A stretch of DNA of 32,000 bases from Fibrobacter sp. (GTDB lineage Bacteria > Fibrobacterota > Fibrobacteria > Fibrobacterales > Fibrobacteraceae): NCBI GenBank assembly GCA_024398935.1, contig JAKSIH010000004.1, positions 51,801-83,800 on the forward strand. Reading direction: 5' to 3'. The number at the start of each line of letters is the position of its first letter. The stretch's first letter is position 1. The translations under genes were made by a program, and so were the position numbers. The notes under the pieces are model-generated. The model was given only the letters and a program-made list of their open reading frames with translations. It made no database searches and was not told the origin of the DNA. Shown here piece after piece: positions 22,801 through 29,618 of the stretch.

Positions 22801-25195
22801 TTTTGACATTGACCTTGGCGTGAATCTTGTAACGGTTATCCTGGGCCTGGGTTGTTGCCTTGATGGTGGGAGGATCCTTGATCACTTCCACGACGACGGT
22901 GTCTGCACCCTTGTTGTCTAGGTCGTCCGTAATGCTTGCAATGATCTTGTAGGTGCCTACTTCGCTAAAGGCGAGGGTCGCTTCCTCTTCGGAGGTGGGG
23001 CAGGAGTAACCGCTGGAAAGCTTTGTTCCGCAGTTCCAGCTAATGGTTGTAGTGGAGCTTGTCAGACCCTTGATTGCCTTGACAACGAAATGAACGGGAT
23101 CGTTGATGGTTACCGTAGTGAGTGCGCCCGGTTCCATAAAGGCGATGACGGGATTTGTTCCCAGCACGCCGAACTTCACCTGCTTTTCCAGGGAGACTCC
23201 ATTTTCCTGGAAGGATACGGACATGAGGTAATCCTTGTCCGGAACGGCAGAGCTCACATCAATGTACTCGAGGGTCAGGGTTGCAATGCCTGCTTCATCG
23301 ACCTTGGTTCTTAAGGTCTTGCTTTCCCCTTCGATATCCCAGCTCCAGGTGACGGAATCTGCAGGAGGCAGCGCGTTAAGGACGGTTGCGGTAAACACCA
23401 GTTTTTCCGTAGAAGAAATCACGTCCTTCTGGGAACCGTTTACATCCAGTTTCAGCGCGGTGGCATCTACAATCAGGCTCTGTTCCAGCTTAGTGACATT
23501 TCCTGCCAGGTCCTTTGCGTTGTAGACTAGCTTGTGTGTTCCGTCCTTCAGTTCGGTAAGGCTGATCTTTCCGTTGAAGACGGATTCGCCCTTCATCTTG
23601 CCGTAGGAAATCTTCAGGGACTCGCCATTCAGGGTTGCCCATACGGAATCGATGAGGGTTCCCAGATCCCTTGCATAGACTGTCAAATCCAGGGTTCTCT
23701 CGCGAAGGGTGTCGATGTTGCTTACCAGCAGGACCGGGGGGACAGTGTCCTTCAGGGTTATCGGTTGCAGGGCTTCTTCGTCACCGGATTCCACAAAGAG
23801 GTTCTTTATGATTTCGGTGCGGTATTCCTTTAGGGAGTCGGACTTGAAGGTTGCGGTAAAGGTACCCGCGCTGTCCACATGGATGGTATAGTTTCCGTTG
23901 GCGTCCGTATAGGTGTCGTAGATCTTGTTCCCGTCGGTAAATTCTACGCGGATGCCTTTATGGTTTGTCTTGCCCTCGTACTTGGCGACGCCGGTAAAGC
24001 TGGTTTCGCTGGAGTTTGCCTTTCCGATAAAGAAGTTCCAGGGGCGGCTGGTAGATGAACCTGTCTTGATGCGTTCCATCCAGACGGTGTCGTAGCCGTC
24101 GGTTGCGAACATTTCCCAGTAGATTCTTCCTTCCAGTTTCTTGGAGGGATTGTTCAAAAGGGTGATGACATTTTCGCCTTCAGCGTTTCGCGGTTCGTAC
24201 ATGTTCAGTACGTAATCCTTGATTACCAGGTCTTCGTCGGTGAAGGCTGTTGCAGGGGGCTTTCCGTTGAGGGATTTCTGTGCCCAGATGGTGTAGCGCA
24301 ATTCGTTAGGATTGTCTACATCGGAACCCTTATAGTAGAAGAAGAATGCACCCTCGGAAGTGTAATGGCGGGAACCGTCTTCCGGGCTGATGATGGAAAG
24401 CTTGGGCAGGCGGTTGAAATGGAGGTTGACGCTGTCCATGGTCTCGTTGTCGTCGTCATCTACCACAATGACATAAATCTTCTGGTTGCCCAGGGAGTCG
24501 ATGTAGGTGGAGTCATTCTTGATTGTGATGGAATAGACATCGTCCTCGTCTTCGGATTTTTCGAATTTCCACTCCTTGGGTTCGGCCTTTCCGCTTGCGT
24601 CCAGGTCAATGAGGACTTTCTTGATGATACCGAAGGAATCCCTTGCCGTAATGGGGAAGGTGATGTTGCCGGAGTGTCTTGTCCAGAGAGTGTCGGAAGG
24701 AACTTCCAGTACCGGCTTTGTGTCGATGACCTTTATGTAGGTTTGCTTAGTGCCCGTACCTGCAGTGTCCGTGGCATTGTTTCCGTCGAAGGCGATGAAA
24801 AGGGGGTAATAGACGCCGGTCTCGGAATAGGTCCAGGCCTGGGGCGTTGCGTTATCTCCCACGATGATGGAATCTTTTCCGTCCTTCTTGGTCAGGTTCC
24901 ACTGGAATCGGTAAATCTTGTCCACGTTCCTGGGGAGAACTCCCATCAGGTACACCGTGTCGTTAATGGAAACGGTCAGGGTGTCTGGCAGGGTGTCGTT
25001 GGTGTTTGCCGTCGTGTTCGCCAGGGAATCCAGGAACGCCTGGGGATTCTCGAAATTGGTGGTAGAGGCGAAGACTCTGGAGTGGTTGTTCTTCAGGTTG
25101 ACATTTTCCTTCAGGGGAGATTCCCTGGAGCAACTAGCCAGAAGGGCCAAAATGCACGAGACCACAAAAAAAACGATAAAATGACGTGAACGCAT
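19874..25195 (-). CDS. Giant surface lipoprotein (1773 aa) with PKD/Ig-like repeats, a CarboxypepD_reg-like module and a C-terminal propeller-like repeat region
   Basis: Lipobox LLASC (Cys22). PKD-like blocks are present (FQWNL...TGVYYPLFIAFDGNNATD), as is a TDANGNY module. Five ~93-102-aa repeats carry W-x-C and Y-x-C-...-DDDGN motifs. The C-terminus has repeated blade-like units (VYMGF..., IYAAIDDNG..., VFLSMLA...). Confidence 0.9.
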   Translation of the reverse strand: MRSRHFIVFFVVSCILALLASCSRESPLKENVNLKNNHSRVFASTTNFENPQAFLDSLANTTANTNDTLPDTLTVSINDTVYLMGVLPRNVDKIYRFQWNLTKKDGKDSIIVGDNATPQAWTYSETGVYYPLFIAFDGNNATDTAGTGTKQTYIKVIDTKPVLEVPSDTLWTRHSGNITFPITARDSFGIIKKVLIDLDASGKAEPKEWKFEKSEDEDDVYSITIKNDSTYIDSLGNQKIYVIVVDDDDNETMDSVNLHFNRLPKLSIISPEDGSRHYTSEGAFFFYYKGSDVDNPNELRYTIWAQKSLNGKPPATAFTDEDLVIKDYVLNMYEPRNAEGENVITLLNNPSKKLEGRIYWEMFATDGYDTVWMERIKTGSSTSRPWNFFIGKANSSETSFTGVAKYEGKTNHKGIRVEFTDGNKIYDTYTDANGNYTIHVDSAGTFTATFKSDSLKEYRTEIIKNLFVESGDEEALQPITLKDTVPPVLLVSNIDTLRERTLDLTVYARDLGTLIDSVWATLNGESLKISYGKMKGESVFNGKISLTELKDGTHKLVYNAKDLAGNVTKLEQSLIVDATALKLDVNGSQKDVISSTEKLVFTATVLNALPPADSVTWSWDIEGESKTLRTKVDEAGIATLTLEYIDVSSAVPDKDYLMSVSFQENGVSLEKQVKFGVLGTNPVIAFMEPGALTTVTINDPVHFVVKAIKGLTSSTTTISWNCGTKLSSGYSCPTSEEEATLAFSEVGTYKIIASITDDLDNKGADTVVVEVIKDPPTIKATTQAQDNRYKIHAKVNVKIIANDKFGNIEKIRWGCDNNNVLSLSSEKIISPAAKSVTDSVEIILPGTDTENWICKFAAVDDDNEADTTELKFIALLDKPTVTLATKSETVKINSVVPIKAIAHDELGYIAEYNIACDDNQKDLDNPEWTVMPGPETSVKMPPTATDKYYCKVMVKDDDGNEATDMATYKVVVGRPTVTAMLPTAFETVTIKDTIEVSAIAKDSLGTLVKYEWGCGPAGSDNIGFTTVSTSTPFAKLVMPSTPQDNYLCIVRVTDDDGNSAKDSITTKVILAPPTVTVEKKTLTIRQGYNITLNATATDRNNVTSDPGEIVKREWSCGTPEQIAQNWKTVSAYDTVWKAPAPEATYYCIARATDNDGNMATDTMDLKFSTELPLIWVKDELIYINVGDEFSLNATVNDVWQGINWFTWECVSKKDGKSLEKSVPKYSYEKNNKSFAITKDSSYSEKGVDMYCIVSAEEASTKATFSDTTEVRLLEQHPKGVITAADTVYLWSGDEAVDDEAIYFYTKEWGGMNSQLGELGDKNNQDFYWRFSNINSSSFYQGNPDGSLDTSTAEFNSAFIRRQTEGSMTISLDYRDSVSTQPTYGFLARHRSEEVSRTVYFRKAWENLSKDTVLAQSTMNTAPAMIMLNDIPVIAYLSSKNNIKAVALKNGSWSDIAEVITTDSVTAIRLATDGTDLYMGALDKTSAFSVYKSTKGTSDFAAVGGTIADVSSPRLLCNPTTKAPVLVYINKTKKLNYLATLSGSTWNSTNIISFVENEKTMKFREITAEFASSGVLAVVAIDTTSDYRATSALFSNSYSQLSISKNFASNVNGVSLAAIGSNVYMGFLNRDVNTYGPYVYKGAISGANLTWKKDGIYSKPIFEGYIAYHISLAAFGDNIYAAIDDNGRPYLAQTHVFRLDGTKWHFHGENQLPYFSAVFYNNNGYYLRGSNPMLAVNSDGKVFLSMLARENAGGSTKNNGPMLMKFVADTWEIH

Positions 25196-25294
25196 ACCTA
25201 ATCCCTTTGAAATTCAAACACAGTAATTTTTTGTATAATCTATCTTTTTTATTTAGAAAGTGGATAAGGTTTAACACACGGAGACTGCTACATT

Positions 25295-26176
25295 ATGGAT
25301 GTAATTCCCCTTTGGTACTGGCTCATTGTCTTTTTTGTTTTTGGCGCCTGTGTCGGGAGCTTCTATAACGTTATTGTGTACCGCATGCCTCGGGGGATTT
25401 CGCTGATCAATCCGCCGTCCCATTGCCCGCTGTGTAAGAAGAAAATCCCCCTTTATTTGAACCTGCCTATTATTGGCTGGATTATTCTAAGAGGGAAGAC
25501 TGCCTGCTGCCATAAGCCTTTGAACATCATTTACCCCATTGGGGAGGCGTTGTGCGGTTTGCTGGGGGCTCTTGCCCTGTTTGCTGTTGTCGCCTGGAAC
25601 CGCGGTGGCGTAGGGGCTGATTTTTTCAGCGCTCCCGTACTGCAACCTGAATTGTGGGCCGATGCCTTGGCCATGTTCTGGCTATTGCTGGCGGTTTACC
25701 CCGTCTGTGCCGTGGATTTTAAATACAAACTAATTCCTGATTCCATGAGTGTTGGCGGCATTGTGGCTGGGCTTCTTCTTTCCTTCATACCTGGCGGAAT
25801 TACTCCGGTCCAGAGCCTGATTGGTGCTGTCGCTGCCGGTGGTGGCCTCTGGTTGCTTGGTTTTATTGCAAGTAAGGCTTTCAAGAAGGATGCCATGGGC
25901 TTTGGGGATGTAAAGCTGCTTGCTGGCTATGGCGCCCTCATGGGATGGCAATCTGCTGCCATGATTCTGGTGATTGCCGCTGTTATCGGCATTATTGTAA
26001 TGATTCCCTACGCCAAAATTCAGGCGAAGGTTGCTGCAAAGGCTGTGGTGGATGATTCCGCCGATGCTCCCGGGCAGATTCCCTTCGGGCCGTTCCTGGC
26101 CATTGCGGCTCCCGTCATTTACCTGTGGGGCGACGCGCTGCTGAAAATCTATATGCAGTTCGTATTGGGGGAATAA
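25295..26176 (+). CDS. pilD: Prepilin peptidase / N-methyltransferase (A24 family)
   Basis: 293 aa with an N-terminal Cys cluster (CPLCKKKI...CCHKPL), the aspartyl-protease blocks GFGDVKLL and PFGPFLA, and multiple TM segments. Confidence 0.9.
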   Translation: MDVIPLWYWLIVFFVFGACVGSFYNVIVYRMPRGISLINPPSHCPLCKKKIPLYLNLPIIGWIILRGKTACCHKPLNIIYPIGEALCGLLGALALFAVVAWNRGGVGADFFSAPVLQPELWADALAMFWLLLAVYPVCAVDFKYKLIPDSMSVGGIVAGLLLSFIPGGITPVQSLIGAVAAGGGLWLLGFIASKAFKKDAMGFGDVKLLAGYGALMGWQSAAMILVIAAVIGIIVMIPYAKIQAKVAAKAVVDDSADAPGQIPFGPFLAIAAPVIYLWGDALLKIYMQFVLGE

Positions 26177-26722
26177 ATGGCCTTCGGGGAAAGTGACTTT
26201 CCTAAAGATGAAAAGTACCTGAGGGAGTACGAGGAGAAAATCCGCCAGTTGCCCTATGAGGAACTGGATGATATTCTATCCCTTATTGAAAGGGATCCCG
26301 TTCGTAGGGACAAGTCTCCCGAAAGAATAAACATCGTCAAGAAATGTATGGCAGAGTTGGAACCTATGGTTCGAGCTGCCGAAGAAAAGAAGGCCGAGGT
26401 CCATAAGAGGGCCGTTGAAAATTACAAGAAGAATCGTTCTGGGGTAGGGATGATTCTTTGGCTTATTTCGTTATGTTTGATGGTATTTCCCCTGATAGGG
26501 CTTTGTGCGCATGAAATGGAACTTGAAATTTATTGCGTTCTTATTGGAATCGCGCTTGTTCTATTCATTGTTTTTGAGTGGTTGGATAAGGCTGCTTATG
26601 GTCGTGGTGGTACCCTTTATAAAGAAGAACACCCAGTTGCGTATTGGGCTTACCTTATTTTTCAAGCATGTGCGGCTTTGGTTCTTCTTGTCTCTGGTGT
26701 TGTCGGCTTGCTGAGTACCTGA
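26177..26722 (+). CDS. Hypothetical membrane protein (181 aa) co-transcribed with pilD
   Basis: Its ATG directly abuts the pilD TAA (TAAATG). It has a charged N-terminal ~90 aa followed by 3-4 hydrophobic segments. Confidence 0.68.
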   Translation: MAFGESDFPKDEKYLREYEEKIRQLPYEELDDILSLIERDPVRRDKSPERINIVKKCMAELEPMVRAAEEKKAEVHKRAVENYKKNRSGVGMILWLISLCLMVFPLIGLCAHEMELEIYCVLIGIALVLFIVFEWLDKAAYGRGGTLYKEEHPVAYWAYLIFQACAALVLLVSGVVGLLST

Positions 26723-26752
26723 TAGATGGAAACTTTTGCCAATGCAATGAAA

Positions 26753-26776
26753 AAAGGCGGCTTGAGGGCCGCCTTT
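26753..26776. terminator. Bidirectional terminator between convergent genes
   Basis: AAAGGCGGC-TTGAGG-GCCGCCTTT (9-bp stem), with A-rich sequence on the 5' side and T-rich sequence on the 3' side. Confidence 0.8.
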
Positions 26777-26807
26777 GCTGTTTTGAAATGGTTTGGTTTG
26801 TGGAGCT

Positions 26808-28580
26808 TTAGTGGAGGCTCATTAGCTGATGGGCGGTAAGCCAGGCTTTTAGGCGGTTCCAGTTGGTGTCCTTGCTCTTCTTGATGTCGCTAGTTATTCT
26901 GAAGGCGACGAAATCCTGTAATTCCACTACACCTGCAGTAACGAAATTTTCCCTGCCATTGGAAACGTAAGCTTCGTGGTACTGGTAAAGCTTTAGGTCA
27001 GTGTCGCGAATGATTTCTTCGTCTACAGCCAGGGTCAGGTGATTTCCCACCAGGGCGATGGCGAACTGGTGCTGGTCTCCGTCCAGAAGGGTGGTCGTCT
27101 CGGAGAATGCCAGGTTTTCGTAGGTGGTGTCTTCTTTTGCCTTTCGGGAGTAAATCCTGGTGCAGACATCCTTTGATCCGGCTTCGCACTGACGAACGTC
27201 AAAGCCATGCAGTTCTCCGTTCCAGTCTTCTTCAAGGGTGCTGAACAGAACCGCAGCGGTATCGGACTTGCTTCCGTCAAAGGAAAACTTGAAGCTGTAG
27301 CCGATGTTTCTTTGCTGCAGGAAGCCGTAGCCCTTTTCGATGGTGGTGTTCTGCAGGGATTTTTCTGCCAGCAGGATGTTGCTGCTGATTCCTGTAGGTG
27401 TACCATCAATTAAACTGTAAGATGCCTTATCGGATCCATCGGGGAAGTTTATTTCCGCCCAATAGCTGAAGCCATCGCCCTTTCCGTTGGCGGCTGTAAG
27501 TCTGGAAATGTTGTTGGAGTTTACCAACAATGTATTTGCAGAAATGTTCTTGCCGGAAACGGGAACAATCAAGTGTTCCAGAGATTTATCGCTCAGGGAA
27601 TCCAGCAGAATGCCTGCATCATCGGGAAGAGTGAATGCAAGAGTGTCTGCTGTTGTGCCGGAGATGACGGAATTGTCTAGAGTCTTGCATGTGATTTCTG
27701 CAGAACCAGTGAGGCTTGCTTCGTATTTACAGAGGTTCTGGTAGGCGCCTTCGGGGATTCCTTCCATCAGGAAGGATCCTTGGGCAGAATCCTGCGAGGT
27801 AATGGTGTGGCAGGCTTCTGAGTAATCTAGGCAGACCTTATTTCCCACGCTGAAAAAATCATTGTCGAAATGAATCTTCTCGCTGGAAGTCTTATGAAGT
27901 TCCTGTTCAGAAATCTTACGGTATGTATTCTTGTCTTCGGTGACCTTTTCTGCACTTCTCAGGTCTAGCGAAGTGTAGCTAGCTAAAGCCTTATCTTCGG
28001 ATTCGATGTGCAAGGTGTAACTGTAGTAAACTACTGGCAAACCCTTTTCATCCAGTTCAAAGTCCAGCTTGTCAGGAATGACTCCTGTATAGGTAGCCTT
28101 GTAAACAACGTCCTTGAAGGAGTAGTTGCCGCTTGCATCCGTAGAAGTTTCCTTCAGGGTGACGGAGTTGCCGGAATACTCGGATTCCACCCTCTTTAGG
28201 GACACTCGGGCGTTCTTGATGGCGTTCCCGTTTTCGTCAACCGCGGATCCCTTTACGTTAATGATGGTGTAGTCGCGGTCGTAAGTGATGCAGGCGATTT
28301 CATTGGAATTGCCAAATTCATCAAGTCCGTTGCCAAAGGCTGTTTGCTTCTTTAGATTGTTGGGAATGCCGGTGGAGCAACCGTTTACATTGACGACCTT
28401 TTCGCCGTCCTCGTTGACGGAGGCTTGCTGGCCCGATTCTGTTTCGGTGAAAACTCCTGCGGTGTTATCCTCGGAACAACCCACGATGCCCGCGAGGAGC
28501 ATGCTGGTGACTGTTCCGTAAAATGTGGACTTGAATCTGCGATTAACTCGTCTCTCGTCTTTCGTCTCTCGTCTAAGCAT
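26808..28580 (-). CDS. Surface lipoprotein (590 aa) with a CarboxypepD_reg-like module and a LamG/concanavalin-like C-terminal region
   Basis: The track start at 28601 is a TTG, and the first ATG is at 28580 (MLRRETKDE...). It has a lipobox LLAGIVGC and the motif VDENGNAIKNARVSL...TDASGNYSFKDV. The domain calls are motif-level only. Confidence 0.78.
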   Translation of the reverse strand: MLRRETKDERRVNRRFKSTFYGTVTSMLLAGIVGCSEDNTAGVFTETESGQQASVNEDGEKVVNVNGCSTGIPNNLKKQTAFGNGLDEFGNSNEIACITYDRDYTIINVKGSAVDENGNAIKNARVSLKRVESEYSGNSVTLKETSTDASGNYSFKDVVYKATYTGVIPDKLDFELDEKGLPVVYYSYTLHIESEDKALASYTSLDLRSAEKVTEDKNTYRKISEQELHKTSSEKIHFDNDFFSVGNKVCLDYSEACHTITSQDSAQGSFLMEGIPEGAYQNLCKYEASLTGSAEITCKTLDNSVISGTTADTLAFTLPDDAGILLDSLSDKSLEHLIVPVSGKNISANTLLVNSNNISRLTAANGKGDGFSYWAEINFPDGSDKASYSLIDGTPTGISSNILLAEKSLQNTTIEKGYGFLQQRNIGYSFKFSFDGSKSDTAAVLFSTLEEDWNGELHGFDVRQCEAGSKDVCTRIYSRKAKEDTTYENLAFSETTTLLDGDQHQFAIALVGNHLTLAVDEEIIRDTDLKLYQYHEAYVSNGRENFVTAGVVELQDFVAFRITSDIKKSKDTNWNRLKAWLTAHQLMSLH

Positions 28581-29418
28581 TGTCACCCCCGTTGTTCTCA
28601 AGATTTGAGAACATATGCAAATTCAGCTGATAGACTCCGTCGGCCTTTTCCTTGTCTTGCCCGATAATCTGGCGGGCCTTTGCCTTAAATTCCTGCACGG
28701 CGGCTTCCAATTCTTTATAGGCGTTGCCAGAAATGCTAAAAGTCAAGGTGCTCATGATGGAGGGCGCCTTGGGCGGTGTCATGAGAGCCTGCTTGGAAAG
28801 TTCGAAACACTGCAGCTGATACTGTCTGACCAGTTCCGCATTGTTGTAGGGACCGCTGGAAATGGATTCCTTGGTGGGTTTCCAAAAACCTTCCTCGTTC
28901 TTGCGGGCAAGTCCTAGACGTTGCAACAGTTCCAGGGAGTCCTTCAATTTTCCCAGCGGGACCTTCGGGAAAATCCTCTTTTGCACAGGAACCATGTCGT
29001 CTGCAACGTCCATGGCGTCTAGGATGGCGAACAGTGCGCTGTTGTACCAATGATTGTAATATTCGTAAGCGTCGGTGTTCATGATGTGCTGCGGATTGGG
29101 GTGCATTTGCAGCAGCTCTTCCATAGCTTCCTTGCGCAAGGCGTCGTTCTTTGCCTGGTCCACTTTCACCATGGTTTCGAAATACCTGGCTTCCTTTTTT
29201 TCGAGACCGAGGACTTCGATAAACTTTGTCACCATACGGGGGCTTACCTTTTTACCCCGGAGCACATCGGCGAAATAGCTGCGGGACTTTTCCATGCCCA
29301 GCAGGTTGCAGATTTCGGTACGGGTAAAAGAGGGCTCGGCTTGTACGCGGGCCGCCTGGTATTCTTCCAGATACTTGCGGAAGTGGGTAAACTGAAATAT
29401 GTCGATATAGTTGTTCAC
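28573..29418 (-). CDS. TIGR02147/DUF4423-type helix-turn-helix protein (Fibrobacter paralogous family)
   Basis: 281 aa with an apparent GTG start (no upstream in-frame ATG). The N-terminus reads YIDIFQFTHFRKYLEEYQA...FTRTEICNLLGMEKSRSYFADVLRGKKVSPRMVTKFIEVLGL, which is HTH-like. The family assignment is from memory of the family pattern. Confidence 0.72.
   Translation of the reverse strand: MNNYIDIFQFTHFRKYLEEYQAARVQAEPSFTRTEICNLLGMEKSRSYFADVLRGKKVSPRMVTKFIEVLGLEKKEARYFETMVKVDQAKNDALRKEAMEELLQMHPNPQHIMNTDAYEYYNHWYNSALFAILDAMDVADDMVPVQKRIFPKVPLGKLKDSLELLQRLGLARKNEEGFWKPTKESISSGPYNNAELVRQYQLQCFELSKQALMTPPKAPSIMSTLTFSISGNAYKELEAAVQEFKAKARQIIGQDKEKADGVYQLNLHMFSNLENNGGDNA
28594..28612. promoter_or_regulatory. 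Perfect palindrome GTTCTCAA-GAT-TTGAGAAC, candidate operator 14 nt upstream of the lipoprotein ATG
   Basis: The 8-bp arms are exact reverse complements. The same half-sites recur at the 5' end of the adjacent HTH gene (29419..29468). Confidence 0.35.
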
Positions 29419-29468
29419 GTTCTCAAATTTACATTAATTTTTATGAAAATGAGAAAAATTTTGAGAAC
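29419..29468. promoter_or_regulatory. Inverted half-sites GTTCTCAA (29419..29426) and TTGAGAAC (29461..29468), candidate operator/promoter region
   Basis: These are the same 8-mers as the palindrome at 28594..28612, here separated by 34 AT-rich nt. They lie directly upstream of the HTH gene start, in the divergent gap to the M6 protease gene. Confidence 0.3.
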
Positions 29469-29618
29469 ATTTGACCTGGCAAGGTTCGTTATCCGGAGAA
29501 AATCACGAAAAAAAAGAATGAATTCGATGAAAATGGCATAAAAAGGGATTTTTTACAAGTTTTTTCAAAGGTGACAACGCAAATAAAGTATTTTAGACGC
29601 AAAGGAGATTTGTCGGGT

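Noticed and set aside
24365-25189. A 274-aa plus-strand ORF, along with many 60-160-aa plus-strand ORFs between 20114 and 25189.
   Set aside because: All are antisense shadows of the 1773-aa gene, which has a coherent signal peptide and repeat architecture.
28581-28601. The TTG-initiated extension of the 590-aa lipoprotein ORF. The TTG extension 442..459 of the small ORF and the 29571..29618 extension of the M6 protease are the same kind of case.
   Set aside because: Each has a downstream ATG that gives a canonical signal peptide or start context. The track start codons are non-ATG or lack a ribosome-binding sequence.
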